Positions 45,475 to 55,749 of a stretch of DNA of 64,000 nt are shown here, in pieces; position 1 is the first letter of the stretch; each line of letters starts with the position of its first letter. The DNA comes from an uncultured Thermoleophilia bacterium. GTDB taxonomy: Bacteria > Actinomycetota > Thermoleophilia > UBA2241. The notes beneath the pieces were generated by a model. That model had not been told where the DNA came from. It was given only the letters and a program-made list of their open reading frames with translations, and did no database searches. The stretch spans positions 15,839 through 79,838 of the forward strand of contig CAVQSP010000012.1 of NCBI GenBank assembly GCA_963715985.1, read 5' to 3'. The translations under genes and the position numbers were made by a program.

Positions 45475-45725
45475 GACGTCGATCGTAGTGCTTCTCGGGA
45501 GGGAGCTGCTTCAATGTAGACCCCGGGCAAGTAGGCCGATGGGAGACTATGCAGCGTCGACTCATGGCCCCTGCTGTAGAAGCGAGGTGTGCTGCCGGCT
45601 GCGCCGTCAGAAGAACAGCTGGGCCGAGGTTGAGTCTTCGTGCCCACCTACAACGCCGGCACGCTGTTCGGCCAGACCACAGGGAACAGGTTGCGAACCA
45701 CGCTCGACGACGCCTGGGAGTGTCG

Positions 45726-46031
45726 TCATGGCGCACGGTCCTCTGGGGGATCGACGAGCCGCGCGCCATGCCAAACCGCCACGATCCACATCGTGTCTGC
45801 CTTCACCTGGTAGAAGAACCGATACGGCACCACGATGACCTCGCGGATGGGGAGGGCTGGATACTCCGGCAGGGTGCGTCCGGAATCCGGGAAGTCGCGC
45901 AACCTGGACAGCGTGTTCAGAGCCTTGTCCCTGAAGGCGACCGCCGCCGCCGGGCTGTCCGCGCCGATGTGCGTGATGATGGCGAGGAACTCGGCGTCCG
46001 CCGCCGGCGTGAACCTGACGCGCAAGCTCAC
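45726..46031 (-). CDS. RelE/ParE-family toxin
   Basis: VRFTPAA, FPDSGR, YRFFY, VWHGAR. Confidence 0.85.
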   Translation of the reverse strand: MSLRVRFTPAADAEFLAIITHIGADSPAAAVAFRDKALNTLSRLRDFPDSGRTLPEYPALPIREVIVVPYRFFYQVKADTMWIVAVWHGARLVDPPEDRAP

Positions 46032-46303
46032 ATCTCGCTCAGAAGCTCGTCGGCGTCGGCGAACACCGCGTCCATGTCGCGGCCGACGCCGGCCTCGATC
46101 TCTGCTGTTCCGCGGGCGAGGAGCTGCAGGATCTGGAGCTCGTGCTGCGTGCGCTCATAGGTCTGTGCGTCCACCATGACCGCGGTCGGTCGGCCGTGTT
46201 GCGTGATGAATACCGGTTCGTGCGAGCGCGCTGCACGCTCGATAACGCCCGCCGTGTCACGGCGCAGATCCGAGACGGGGATGATAGTGGGCATTCCGTT
46301 CAT
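46028..46303 (-). CDS. Phd/YefM antitoxin
   Basis: IPVSDLR, PVFITQHGRPTAVMV. Confidence 0.88.
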   Translation of the reverse strand: MNGMPTIIPVSDLRRDTAGVIERAARSHEPVFITQHGRPTAVMVDAQTYERTQHELQILQLLARGTAEIEAGVGRDMDAVFADADELLSEM

Positions 46304-46603
46304 GTATGGTACCTCCTAGAGTACCGTCTATGATACCACGAAAGGGGGATTCCAGGAGGCGCGCACTCGGTTCGTGAAGCGCTCGTCGCCGTCTTGGAGT
46401 CTGCTGCCTGAGCCCGCGGCCCGGTTCGGTCGCCTGCCCTCCGGCCCGCCGGCACTGCTCGTGGCTAGGAGCTCCACCCACGTCGGGGGCAAGTTCACGT
46501 GCCTGCAAGGCAGCCAAGGCGCCCGGCCTCATCGACGCTCGCGGGCTGCCCGTGCATGGCGCAAGCTTTCCCCGGTGGGTAGGATGGACGCAGAGGTAAG
46601 GAC

Positions 46604-46912
46604 ATGGTCGCCGTCGTCGAGGACAAGCGCGAGGCAATCGCGGCCCTGTGCCGCAAGTACGCTGTCGTGCGCCTCTTCGTCTTCGGTTCAGCACTGCGCG
46701 ACGACTTCCGCCCCGGCGAGAGCGACGTCGACCTGCTCGTGGAGTTCGGCCCGATGGGCGGACACGCCAAGGCGCACGCCTACTTCGATCTGCTCGACGA
46801 GCTGAGCGCGCTGCTCGGCACCCGCGTCGACCTCGTCATGGCTGGCGCCGTGAAGAACCGCTACATCGCTCGCGACATCGAGCGCACCAAGCGGGAGCTC
46901 TATGCCGCGTAG
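46604..46912 (+). CDS. MNT nucleotidyltransferase antitoxin
   Basis: FGSALRDDF...SDVDLLVEF, VDLV. Confidence 0.88.
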   Translation: MVAVVEDKREAIAALCRKYAVVRLFVFGSALRDDFRPGESDVDLLVEFGPMGGHAKAHAYFDLLDELSALLGTRVDLVMAGAVKNRYIARDIERTKRELYAA

Positions 46913-47255
46913 CCTCGCTGCGTACTTGGCCGACATCGTCGATGCGTGCGACGCAGTCGAGGCGGTGCTCGCCGGCGTCGACCTCACGGCCTACCAGGAG
47001 ACGCGCTCGATACGCTCGTCGGTCGAACGCGAGTTCATCCTCGTCGGCGAGGCGGTCGCGGCGATCCGTCGCCTGGATCCGCAGGCAGCCCAAGGCATCT
47101 CTCACGCCCGCAAGATCGTGGGCTTCCGCAACCTGCTCGCACACGAGTACGCCGCCGTCGACGACGAGACGGTGTTCGGGTTTGCGACCGATGACCTGCC
47201 GTCGCTGCGCCGCGAGAGCGCCGCCCTGCTTGACCGCGTCGAGAGCGGCGACTAG
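46902..47255 (+). CDS. HEPN (DUF86) toxin
   Basis: VGEA, RNLLAHEY (RxxxxH). Confidence 0.88.
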   Translation: MPRSLAAYLADIVDACDAVEAVLAGVDLTAYQETRSIRSSVEREFILVGEAVAAIRRLDPQAAQGISHARKIVGFRNLLAHEYAAVDDETVFGFATDDLPSLRRESAALLDRVESGD

Positions 47256-47383
47256 CCGCGGGTGCGACGCTTACGGTGGATGCCGCCCTTGAGGGTTGCC
47301 GCGGCTGGGGCCGTGACGAGGACTACGGGAACTCCGTGGCGAGAAGCAACCCGCTGAGGCCGCAGCAGGCGGCGGTGTTCTTG

Positions 47384-47458
47384 TGGTGGGCGATGCTGGA
47401 TTTGAACCAGCGACTCCCTGCTTGTAAGGCAGGTGCTCTACCCCTGAGCTAATCGCCC
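47384..47458 (-). tRNA. tRNA-Val(TAC)
   Basis: GGGCGATTAGCTCAG...CTTACAA...GGTTCAAATCC...CCCACCA. Confidence 0.96.
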
Positions 47459-47726
47459 GTGGATGGGTAGTATACGCCGCTCCGTAGGCGCGGAGGGCGG
47501 GCTGCTCCGCCGTCCGCCCTCCGCGACAGCCTTGTGACACAGCCTCAGGTATCATCGCTTCGAGGACACAGGGCACGGTGCCGGGAGGGTACGCCGTGGG
47601 TTCCGCGTCAACCGGGAGGTCGGCATGAACTGCTGATGGTGATGGGGTCGCCGGTGGAGATCGGGAGGAGGGGTGCGCTCCCTTTGCAGACGGTGCGCCG
47701 CCTAGCCGCCGGGCAGCGGAGGGGCC

Positions 47727-48050
47727 ATGCTGATCGCGACCTTCGGGCCGACCACCGCGTGGGTGGGCACGCGGATCACACATGAAGGCGGCAGCTTCAT
47801 GCTTGAGGGGCACGGGCCGATCTCGGCCGCCGACATCATGGAGTACGACCGGCAGGGTCACCTGCTGTGGGTGGACGCTGGGACCCGCGCGTGGGTGGGG
47901 TCCAAGGCCCAGGCTTCTGCGGCGGCGCGGCGGGTCACAGCGGCTCCGGCTCGCGAGACGAGCGAGGCACGCGATGCAGCGAAGGATCCGGGCAGTCAGG
48001 CAGCGACGCGCCCACGGTCGCGCTTGAAGCTCGCACTGTGGGTCGCATAG
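47727..48050 (+). CDS. Hypothetical protein (possible frameshift before a C-terminal TM segment ending at 48115)
   Basis: GGAGG RBS, plausible codon usage. Confidence 0.5.
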   Translation: MLIATFGPTTAWVGTRITHEGGSFMLEGHGPISAADIMEYDRQGHLLWVDAGTRAWVGSKAQASAAARRVTAAPARETSEARDAAKDPGSQAATRPRSRLKLALWVA

Positions 48051-48133
48051 CCGTGCTGGCCATCGCCAGCACGAGTATGCTGCTCATCCTTCTGGGCGTC
48101 TTCCGCGGGCCCTGACGAAGGCGCCGCGCCCCT

Positions 48134-50687
48134 TCACTGTCCGCTGGGCGACAGCTCCTGCCACGTCCCCGGGACGGTCTGGGTGACCGTGGAGGTCGAT
48201 GTGGTGGGGAAGAACACCCAGTCGACGACGTCCTGGCAGTAGGCGATCTGGGCGTTGTTGTTGATGTTCAGCCCGTTGTCGCCGCCGATGGTCAGCACTG
48301 AGCCCACGACCGCCGGCGCGGTGGCGTTGCCGTTCTGCAGCGTGATGCCCGCCTCGAAGAGGATCATGAGCCCGTAGAACTGGCCGGTGCTGCCCCAGTT
48401 GCAGGTCTGCGTGTAATAGCCGTCGTTGTCGCAGACCATGTACAGGGTCATCGGCCGCGGATGCGGGTGGTTCACGTCGGTGACCATCGTGCCGAAGTTG
48501 ATGCTGCCGCTCGTGGTGATCATCTCCGTCGGTCGCGAAGAGAGGGCACATCACCGTGGAGAAGCCGCCGGTGGGCGTGAAGTTGACCCGGAAGACGACG
48601 AAGGTGTCGCCGTACTCGTCGTTGAACGGGCCACCGTTGCGGGTGAAGACGCCGCCGATCCACATGGGCGCCGGGAGGGCGGCGGTGTCCACGTAGTCCG
48701 TGGTCTTGACCGAGGCGGTGCCGCCCCAGTTCACGTCGCCGATGACGTAGATCGGACCGAACGTGTTGGTGCTCGTCGGACCGAGGATGGTGAAGTCACC
48801 GCCCGCGTGCAGTGCATTGGCGTTGGTGGTGGTGGTGCCGTTCAGTGTGACATTGCCGTCCACCCAGAGCGCGCCGAAGCGATTGGTGCTGTTCGTGGTG
48901 GCGGTAGTGCTGCAGTTGCCGACCACCCAGGTGGGCCCGAAGCTGTTCACGACGGCAGGAGTAGTAGCGGCGTTGTTGATGCTGAAGGCCCCGCCGACGT
49001 GGAGGCTGGTGGTGGTGGTGGCTGCTCTGCCGTTGAGCGTGGCGGTGCCGCCCACCCACAGGTGCTGGAACTGGTTGGGGCTGGTGGAGGCGGAGGCGGT
49101 GGAGAAGTTGCGCACCACGTATGCCGGCCCGATCCTATTGGTGCCCGTCAGACTGCTGATGGTGAGGTCGACCCCGGCGTGCAGGGTGGTGATGCTGGTC
49201 TCCGCGCTGCCGGTGTCGCCGAGCGTGACGGTGCCGTCCACCCAGAGGTCCGCGAACTGGTTCGAGCTGGTGCAGGCAGACGTAGTGGTCAGGCCCCCGA
49301 TGATGTAGGCGGGCCCGATCGTGTTCGTACCGGTGGTGCTGCCGATAGACATGCCCCCGGAACCTGCGTGCAGGGTCGTCGCACTGGTTGCGCCGCTGCC
49401 GCTCAGCGTCAGACTGCCATCCGTCCAAAGCGCGCCGAAGTTGTTCGTGGCGGCGCCGGTGATCGCAATGTTCCCGACCGCGTAGACAGGCCCCAGGTCG
49501 TTCGTGCCTGAGGTACTGGCGATGCTGAGCGTCCCGGTCACTCTGAGGCCCGTGGTAGATATGTTCCCGTTGACCGTCAGGTTGCCGTTCACCGTCAAGG
49601 ACGTGAACCTGTAGGTGTAGCCGGCGAGGAGCGTCAGGTTGCCGGTGTACACCAGGGTCTTGTCGGCCGTGAAGGTATTGGGGACATAGGTGCCGTAGAG
49701 ATTCCCGCTCGTGACACGCAGGTTCGGTTCAGTCCATCCGCCAGTGTCGGCGACGGCGACAGGGCGCTGGTCCGCGGGGCGGGCGTCGGCCGGGCGCTGG
49801 TCGACCTTGGCGCTGTTCAAGAGGTCCTGCCACTCCGAATCGAGGATGGACCTCGCTTCCTGCTCCAGAGCCACCTGGTCAGACAGCGACAGGTACGATG
49901 TGAGGTCCGGCACGGAGCCTCGAGAGGATATGAGGCCCGAGACTCCAGGAATCGAGCGGCTGGTCCCATAGATCACGCCGACGGACTGAGGGTTGGCCCT
50001 GCCGGTGCCCTGCGCAAGGTCGGCTGCGTTCGAGGCCGTGATGCTGCCCTTGGCCATGATGCTCGTCGGGAACGGCGCGCCGCCGAGGTAGGGCGTGCCG
50101 TTCGAGCTCGTGGCGGGCCACGACGCGTAACTGGCGACGTACACGTCGGCGTTGCCGGTCATCACGATGTTGTCGCTCGCCCCGGCACCGCCGCAGAAGG
50201 CCGCCGCCTTGGGCAGACGCTCAGTCCACGTCGTGGTCGTCGCGGCCACCATCTGGCGCACGCTGGTGGTCCGGCCCTGATAGGTGGTGGTGACCTGTAC
50301 CCACACCTTGGCGTTGTTGTTCTGGTCCCAAACCGGCGTGCTGGGGGTGATCGTCGCAACGTCGTCGTACACCTTGTATGTGACCGCCGGCCGCGGCGCG
50401 GGCAGAGTATCGAAGTTGGTGCCCAAGGCGGCCGTCATCACGGCGTAGTCGGCAGGGTCGGGCGTGGGGTCCGTCCGCCAGGCGTCCGACTGCTTCACGG
50501 CCGCGAGGGCGCTGTTCAGGGCTGCCTCTGCGTAGTACATCGACGTCTTGCTCTGTCGCTCTTTGGCCGTCGCGCCCTGCTGGTTGGCCAGAAGCATGAC
50601 CAGGCTGGACGTCAAGATCGCCAGTGCGGCAGTGATGCCGATGAGCAGGATCAGCCCTGCTCCTCTCTGCCCCCTCCAGCTGCGCAT
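48134..50687 (-). CDS. PilX-like minor pilin with large Thr/Gly/Asn-rich beta-solenoid, frameshifted
   Basis: QRG-AGLILLI pilin leader, YYAEAAL PilX motif, ~60-aa repeats; C-terminus in ORF 48134..48523. Confidence 0.75.
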
Positions 50688-50702
50688 CGCCGACCCCCTT
50701 CC

Positions 50703-51488
50703 CTATTTGACGGCGGCCGCGTTGCGCGGACGCACGGTGGTCCTGATGTCGACGTAGGTCGGCGTGTGCGACAGGTTCACGTCGACGACGAGCTCGACCT
50801 GCACGTTGCGGAGGTTCGCCACGGTGGTACTGGTGAGGGTGCTTGCGTGGGACCACTGGCCGTAGGTCGGCGAGGATGGCAAGGCGTCGCGGAAGTAGTA
50901 CGTGAAGATGGGCCTGTTGACGCCCGTCGCGGTGTTGACGACGCTGCGTGCCAGGATGATCGTCTTGTCCCCCGCGTCGGTCAGCGAGCCGTCGTTGTTG
51001 GTGTCGCGCGTCAGCTTGAGGACCTTCTGGGCCGTCGAGCCAGACGTGTCGAGCCAGATGGCGGTCAGGCGCATCTTGGACGTCGAGGGCGGCGTCGTCC
51101 CGCTTAGGGCCAGCCCGGCGCCGTCCGCCACGGCGAAGTTGTTGTAGGCCGAGTAGAACACGCACGTGGTAGGACCGCACGCGCTCGCCGGGGAACCGGA
51201 TGAGAACGGGGACGTGGGCGTGGTCGGCAGATAGAACGGCGACTTGACCAAGGCGTCGGCGGTGGGGGGCTGCGCCGTCCGGATCTCGCTCGCAACGCGG
51301 TCCATCGCGTCGCGCACCGTGGCTCGTGCAGTGGTCGTGGTGCGCGTGAAGGCATACGAACGCTGCAGCGAGATCCATCCGCCCACGAGCATCGTGCCGA
51401 TGACGGCCATGATGATCATCGAGACCAGCATCTCCACGAGCGTCATGCCGGTCTCAGACCCGCGCGCCCTTGCCCGTTTGGTCTGCAT
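50703..51488 (-). CDS. Type IV prepilin (PilW-like)
   Basis: G|MTLVEMLVSMII cleavage/methylation motif; C-terminal VRPRN. Confidence 0.85.
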   Translation of the reverse strand: MQTKRARARGSETGMTLVEMLVSMIIMAVIGTMLVGGWISLQRSYAFTRTTTTARATVRDAMDRVASEIRTAQPPTADALVKSPFYLPTTPTSPFSSGSPASACGPTTCVFYSAYNNFAVADGAGLALSGTTPPSTSKMRLTAIWLDTSGSTAQKVLKLTRDTNNDGSLTDAGDKTIILARSVVNTATGVNRPIFTYYFRDALPSSPTYGQWSHASTLTSTTVANLRNVQVELVVDVNLSHTPTYVDIRTTVRPRNAAAVK

Positions 51489-51508
51489 CGTCGATCGCCT
51501 CACACAGG

Positions 51509-52277
51509 CTACTGATACGGGTTGGTGTCGAAGTAGACCGAGGTGGAATCGATCATCGTCACGTCCTTGGTGAACGTCAGCTGCGAATGGCCCGGCGGCG
51601 TGCACTTGATGGTGACCCGGTAGACGACGTTGGGGCCGCCTATCAACCCGGTCCAGGAGCAGGTGAGCCCGTTCATGGCGTTGGGGACCTGCATGGTGGG
51701 GGTCAGGGCGACGTTGGGCGTCACATCGATTCGGACGACCCTGACGCCATAGGTCGTACTGACATCATCGTCCGTCACCGAGACCATCAGCGTGTAGTTG
51801 GTCCCCGTGGTGGAGTACGGGCTCGGGGTCGCGCTCGGGGTGGGGCTCGACCCTACGGTCTCGGCCGTGGGGTCCATGACGACCGTCTGCACCGTCGTGC
51901 TGTCCGCGGCCGCGGCGGACCAGCTGACTGTCACTCTGATGGTCTTGTACTTCGGCGCATCCGCGACGAAGTAGCTCTCGACTTTGTACGACTTGCCGCT
52001 GATCGTGACGAAGCTGGTGCCGAACTCGTTGTCGGCGAAAGCTGGGATTGTTCAGGTTATCTGCCGTGATGTCGACGAAGTCGAGCGTGCGGATCTTCTC
52101 GATGCGGTCCTGGGCGATGTTGGTGGCGGTGACGCGGAGGTTGTCCTGCGAGGTCTTCTTGAGTGCGCTGGCGAACACCGGCACCATGGCGGCGAAGATG
52201 ATGCCCGCCAGAAGAACGGTGACCAAGAGCTCGATCATGCTGAAGCCCGCTGAGCGGGCGTGCCTTCGCGTAGTCAT
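51509..52277 (-). CDS. Type IV prepilin (PilV-like), frameshift near 52040
   Basis: G|FSMIELLVTVLL, AQDRIEKIR. Confidence 0.82.
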
Positions 52278-52720
52278 GCCTCGCCTCCGCGTCGCGCGCG
52301 CTGTCGCACTGTGGATGTCGGCAGAACCGCCGCAAACATGAGTCCTGCACAGGGGACGTGTTGCCCGCCGAGGCAATTGCGGAAGGCCCTGGATGCCGGA
52401 CGCGCCTCCGACGGATGCGTGACGTTCGTGCTCATGGCTCAGCCCCCACACCGCCAGGTAGGTGGACTGCCTGCGTTCTCCCCCCGCCCCGAGAACGCGC
52501 GCCACCGGCGGCGCATCCGCAGAGACGGATCCCTCAGACCGTCAACTATAGTTCAGAATACCCTCGGATACGAATCCCCACGCCGCGTGAGCACGGGCAC
52601 TCAGGCTCGGATGGGCACGCGCGCCGGGGGAACATTCGTCTACTGGTCGCCGGCCGGGGCGAGGATCCGCGTGCCGAGAGGTTCTGACCGCGGGCCGACG
52701 TGAGGCGCCGGGCGGGGCCG

Positions 52721-55678
52721 TCAGGGTAGGGTCTGAAGCTCGCTCAGCGTCTTCTTCAGAGCCTCGATCTGGCGGCCGTACTCGGCGAAGTCGCCGGCCT
52801 GCAGCGCCTGCTGCGCGGCTTCGAACTCCTGGTTGGCCCGGGCGATGAGGGCGCGGCCCTGCGCGCTCACGGCGCCGGCGCCGGTGCCGCCGCCGCGTGC
52901 CGCCGCCCGTGCCGCCGGTGCCGTCGCCGGCGCCGGTGCCGCCGGAGGCGTTGCCGGTGTCGAAGCCCTCGCCGAAGGCGGCCACGAGCGCCTCGGACAG
53001 GGTGGGCTTCATGGCCACCACCTGCTGGGCGTTGCCCTGGCCGGCGGCCGGGGCCGGGGCGCGGTAGAAGACGATGACGCGCTTGAGCTGCGGCAGCTCC
53101 GTCTGCGTCGATTGCAGGTAGAGCGGCTGCACGTACAGCAGCGAGTCTTCGATCGGCACCACCAGCAGGTTGCCCATGATCACCGACGACCCCTGCTGGC
53201 CCCACAGCGTGCGCTGGGAGCTGATCTCCGGGTCCTGGTTGATGGTGGCTTCGACCTGGCTGGGGCCGAAGACGGTGTAGCTCTTGGAGAAGACGTAGTT
53301 GAGCGCCTTGCCGTACTCCGGCATGTCCGAGCGGGCCCCGAGCCAGGCGATCATGTTCTGGCGGCCGTTGGGCACGAACGGCAGCATGAGCAGGAACTCC
53401 TCCTTGGGGGAGCCCGGCAGCTTCATGATCACGTAGTAGGCCTCCATGCGACCCGGTCCCGAGAGCGCCACGTTGTCGGGGATCGCCCACTGGTCGCCCT
53501 TGTTGTAGAGCACGTCGGCGCCGTCCACGTGGTAGGTGGAGTACACCTCCGCCTGCACGTTGAAGTAGTCCTCCGGATAGCGCAGGTGGTCGAGGAGGGC
53601 CTGGGGCATCTGGTCCTTGGGCGTGAACAGCGAGGGGTACGCGGCCTGGTACGTCTTGAGCAGCGGGTCCTCGGGGTCGAACACGAAGTACTTCATGGTG
53701 CCGTTGTAGGCGTCCACGACGATCTTCACCGAGTTGCGCAGGTAGTTCACACCGCTCTGCGGGGTGGAGTACGGGTAGCGGTCGGTGGTGGTGTAGGCGT
53801 CCTGCACCCACCACAGGCGGCCGTCGGCGATGACCATGTAGGGGTCGTGGTCCAGGGTGAGGAACGGCGCCGCGGCGCTGATGCGCTCCTGGATGGCGTT
53901 ACGGATGATGATCCGGCTCTTGTCCGTGATGGACGACGTGGTGAAGAACTTGATGGTGCCGAACTTCGCGGAGAACGCGAGGCGGTTGAGCAACGGCGAG
54001 ATGGGGATGCCGCCACTCCCCGTGTAGTTCGCGTACACGTCGCCGTTGGGGCCCGGGTAGTCGAACTCCTTGTCCTTGGTCATCACCAGGCTGTAGCCGG
54101 TGCCGCGCTCACCGTAGTAGATGCGCGGCTGCGTGATCTCGAGGCCGGCGACGCTCTGCGGCGGGACGTCCTGCACGAGGAAGTCCGGCGAGCCGTCGCT
54201 GGTCACCTGGTTCACGGCCGACATGGCGACGCCGAAACCATGCGTGTAGGTGATGTGCTGGTTGACCCACGTCTGCGCCTGCGTGGGCAGGCCGTCGATG
54301 TTGAGCTCGCGCGCCGAGAGCATCGTCTGGCGGTACACGCCGTTCACCGTGTAGCGGTCCACGTCCGCGTCCAGGAACGCGTAGTACGGGCGCAGCTCCT
54401 GCAGCTGGCGGTAGCTCGTCACCAGGGTGTTGGGGTCCCACAGGCGGATGTTGCGCAGCGTGGGCTGGTTGTTCGCGAGCTTGGCCGGAGTGAGCGGCGT
54501 CTTGGGCGAGAGCGGCTGCTGGGTGATCGCGTTCAGCGCGTAGGCGGCCCTGGTTGCGGCCAGGTTGTTGGTGATGTACTCGCGCTCCTTGGTGAGCTGG
54601 TTGGGGTTCACGATGAGCGACTGGTACACCGCCGGCACGACGCCGCGAAGGACGATGAGGGCGAGTACCCAGACGACGATGACCGCCGGCCACCACTGGT
54701 GGCGCCGCCACACGTTCCACACCAGCACGGCGGCGATGAGGAAGGCGAAGCCCATGAGCACCCACATGAGCGGCAGGCGGATGTGCACGTCCGTGTAGCC
54801 GGCGCCGTACACGGCGCCGGCCGTGGAGTACAGCAGCCGCCAGCCTTTGAACAGCTGGCCGACGCCGACGACCACGAAGATGGCGGCGAGGATGGCCGAG
54901 AGGTGCGCCACCGCGCGTCCGCCCAGCTTGAGGTCGATCTGCGGGATCTGCGTGGGCCCGCGGGGACCGCGACCGAAGGGCGAGGCGGGGTCGCCGCCGC
55001 GAAACGCGGGTCGCCGGCGCGGGGGGCGCCCTGCTGGGCGCCCGGCGCGGGCTTGGCCGAGAAGTCGATGCCGCCCATGATGAGGTGCATCACGGCGGCG
55101 AGGATGAGCGCGGCGATGAGGGCGCCGTACACGAAGCTCTGCAGGGCCTGCCACATGGGCAGCGAGAACACGTAGAAGCCGATGTCGTGGCCGAAGATGA
55201 CGTCCTTCTCGCCGAACGGCGCCTGCTTCAGGTACAGCAGGAACGTCTGCCACTGGGAGGATGCGGAGACGCCGGCGAACACGGCGGCCAGAAGGCACAC
55301 GCCCAGGCCGCCCCATCCCACCCAGCGCCGCACCAGCTCGCTGCGCGGCTCGAGCAGGTCGCCCGACGCGGTGACGCGATAGCTGGGCGCCAGGCGCCGC
55401 GCCAGCTCCACGTTGGGGAACACGACGACGAAGAACAGGGCGAACGCGCAGAGGCCGACGAGGACCTGCCACCAGAGGCGCGTCCAGAACACGGAGCGGA
55501 AGCCCACCTCGCCGAACCACAGCCAGTTGACGTAGAGGCCGAGGAGCCTGCCCGACACGGCGAGCACGACGATGACGGCGACGACGATGACGGCGATGAT
55601 GATGCGTCGTCGACGGATGCGGCCACCCTTGGCCGGGCCGGGGGTCCCCTTGGGGCGCATGGTGCGCACGTTGTCCAT
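52721..55678 (-). CDS. UPF0182 family membrane protein, frameshifted
   Basis: WLWFGEVGF, DVIFGHDIGFYVF, NIRLWD, YTHG, RIYYGE, DAYTT, RNSVK, HLRYP. Confidence 0.92.
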
Positions 55679-55749
55679 GCGCCTAGTATGACCTGTTTGC
55701 GGCGCGCGCGCACCGGGCGGTCCCCGGTGCCGCGACCGGCGACCGTCAG

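Larger units (their letters stand above)
41034..47383. mobile_element. Decaying genomic island at the 3' side of tRNA-Val with integrase and four TA modules
   Basis: Integrase, TA cluster, gene remnants, tRNA adjacency; left boundary uncertain. Confidence 0.6.

Noticed and set aside
52278-52700. c-di-GMP or c-di-AMP riboswitch before the pilins
   Set aside because: The conserved motifs of these classes were not recognisable; reported only as a structured leader.
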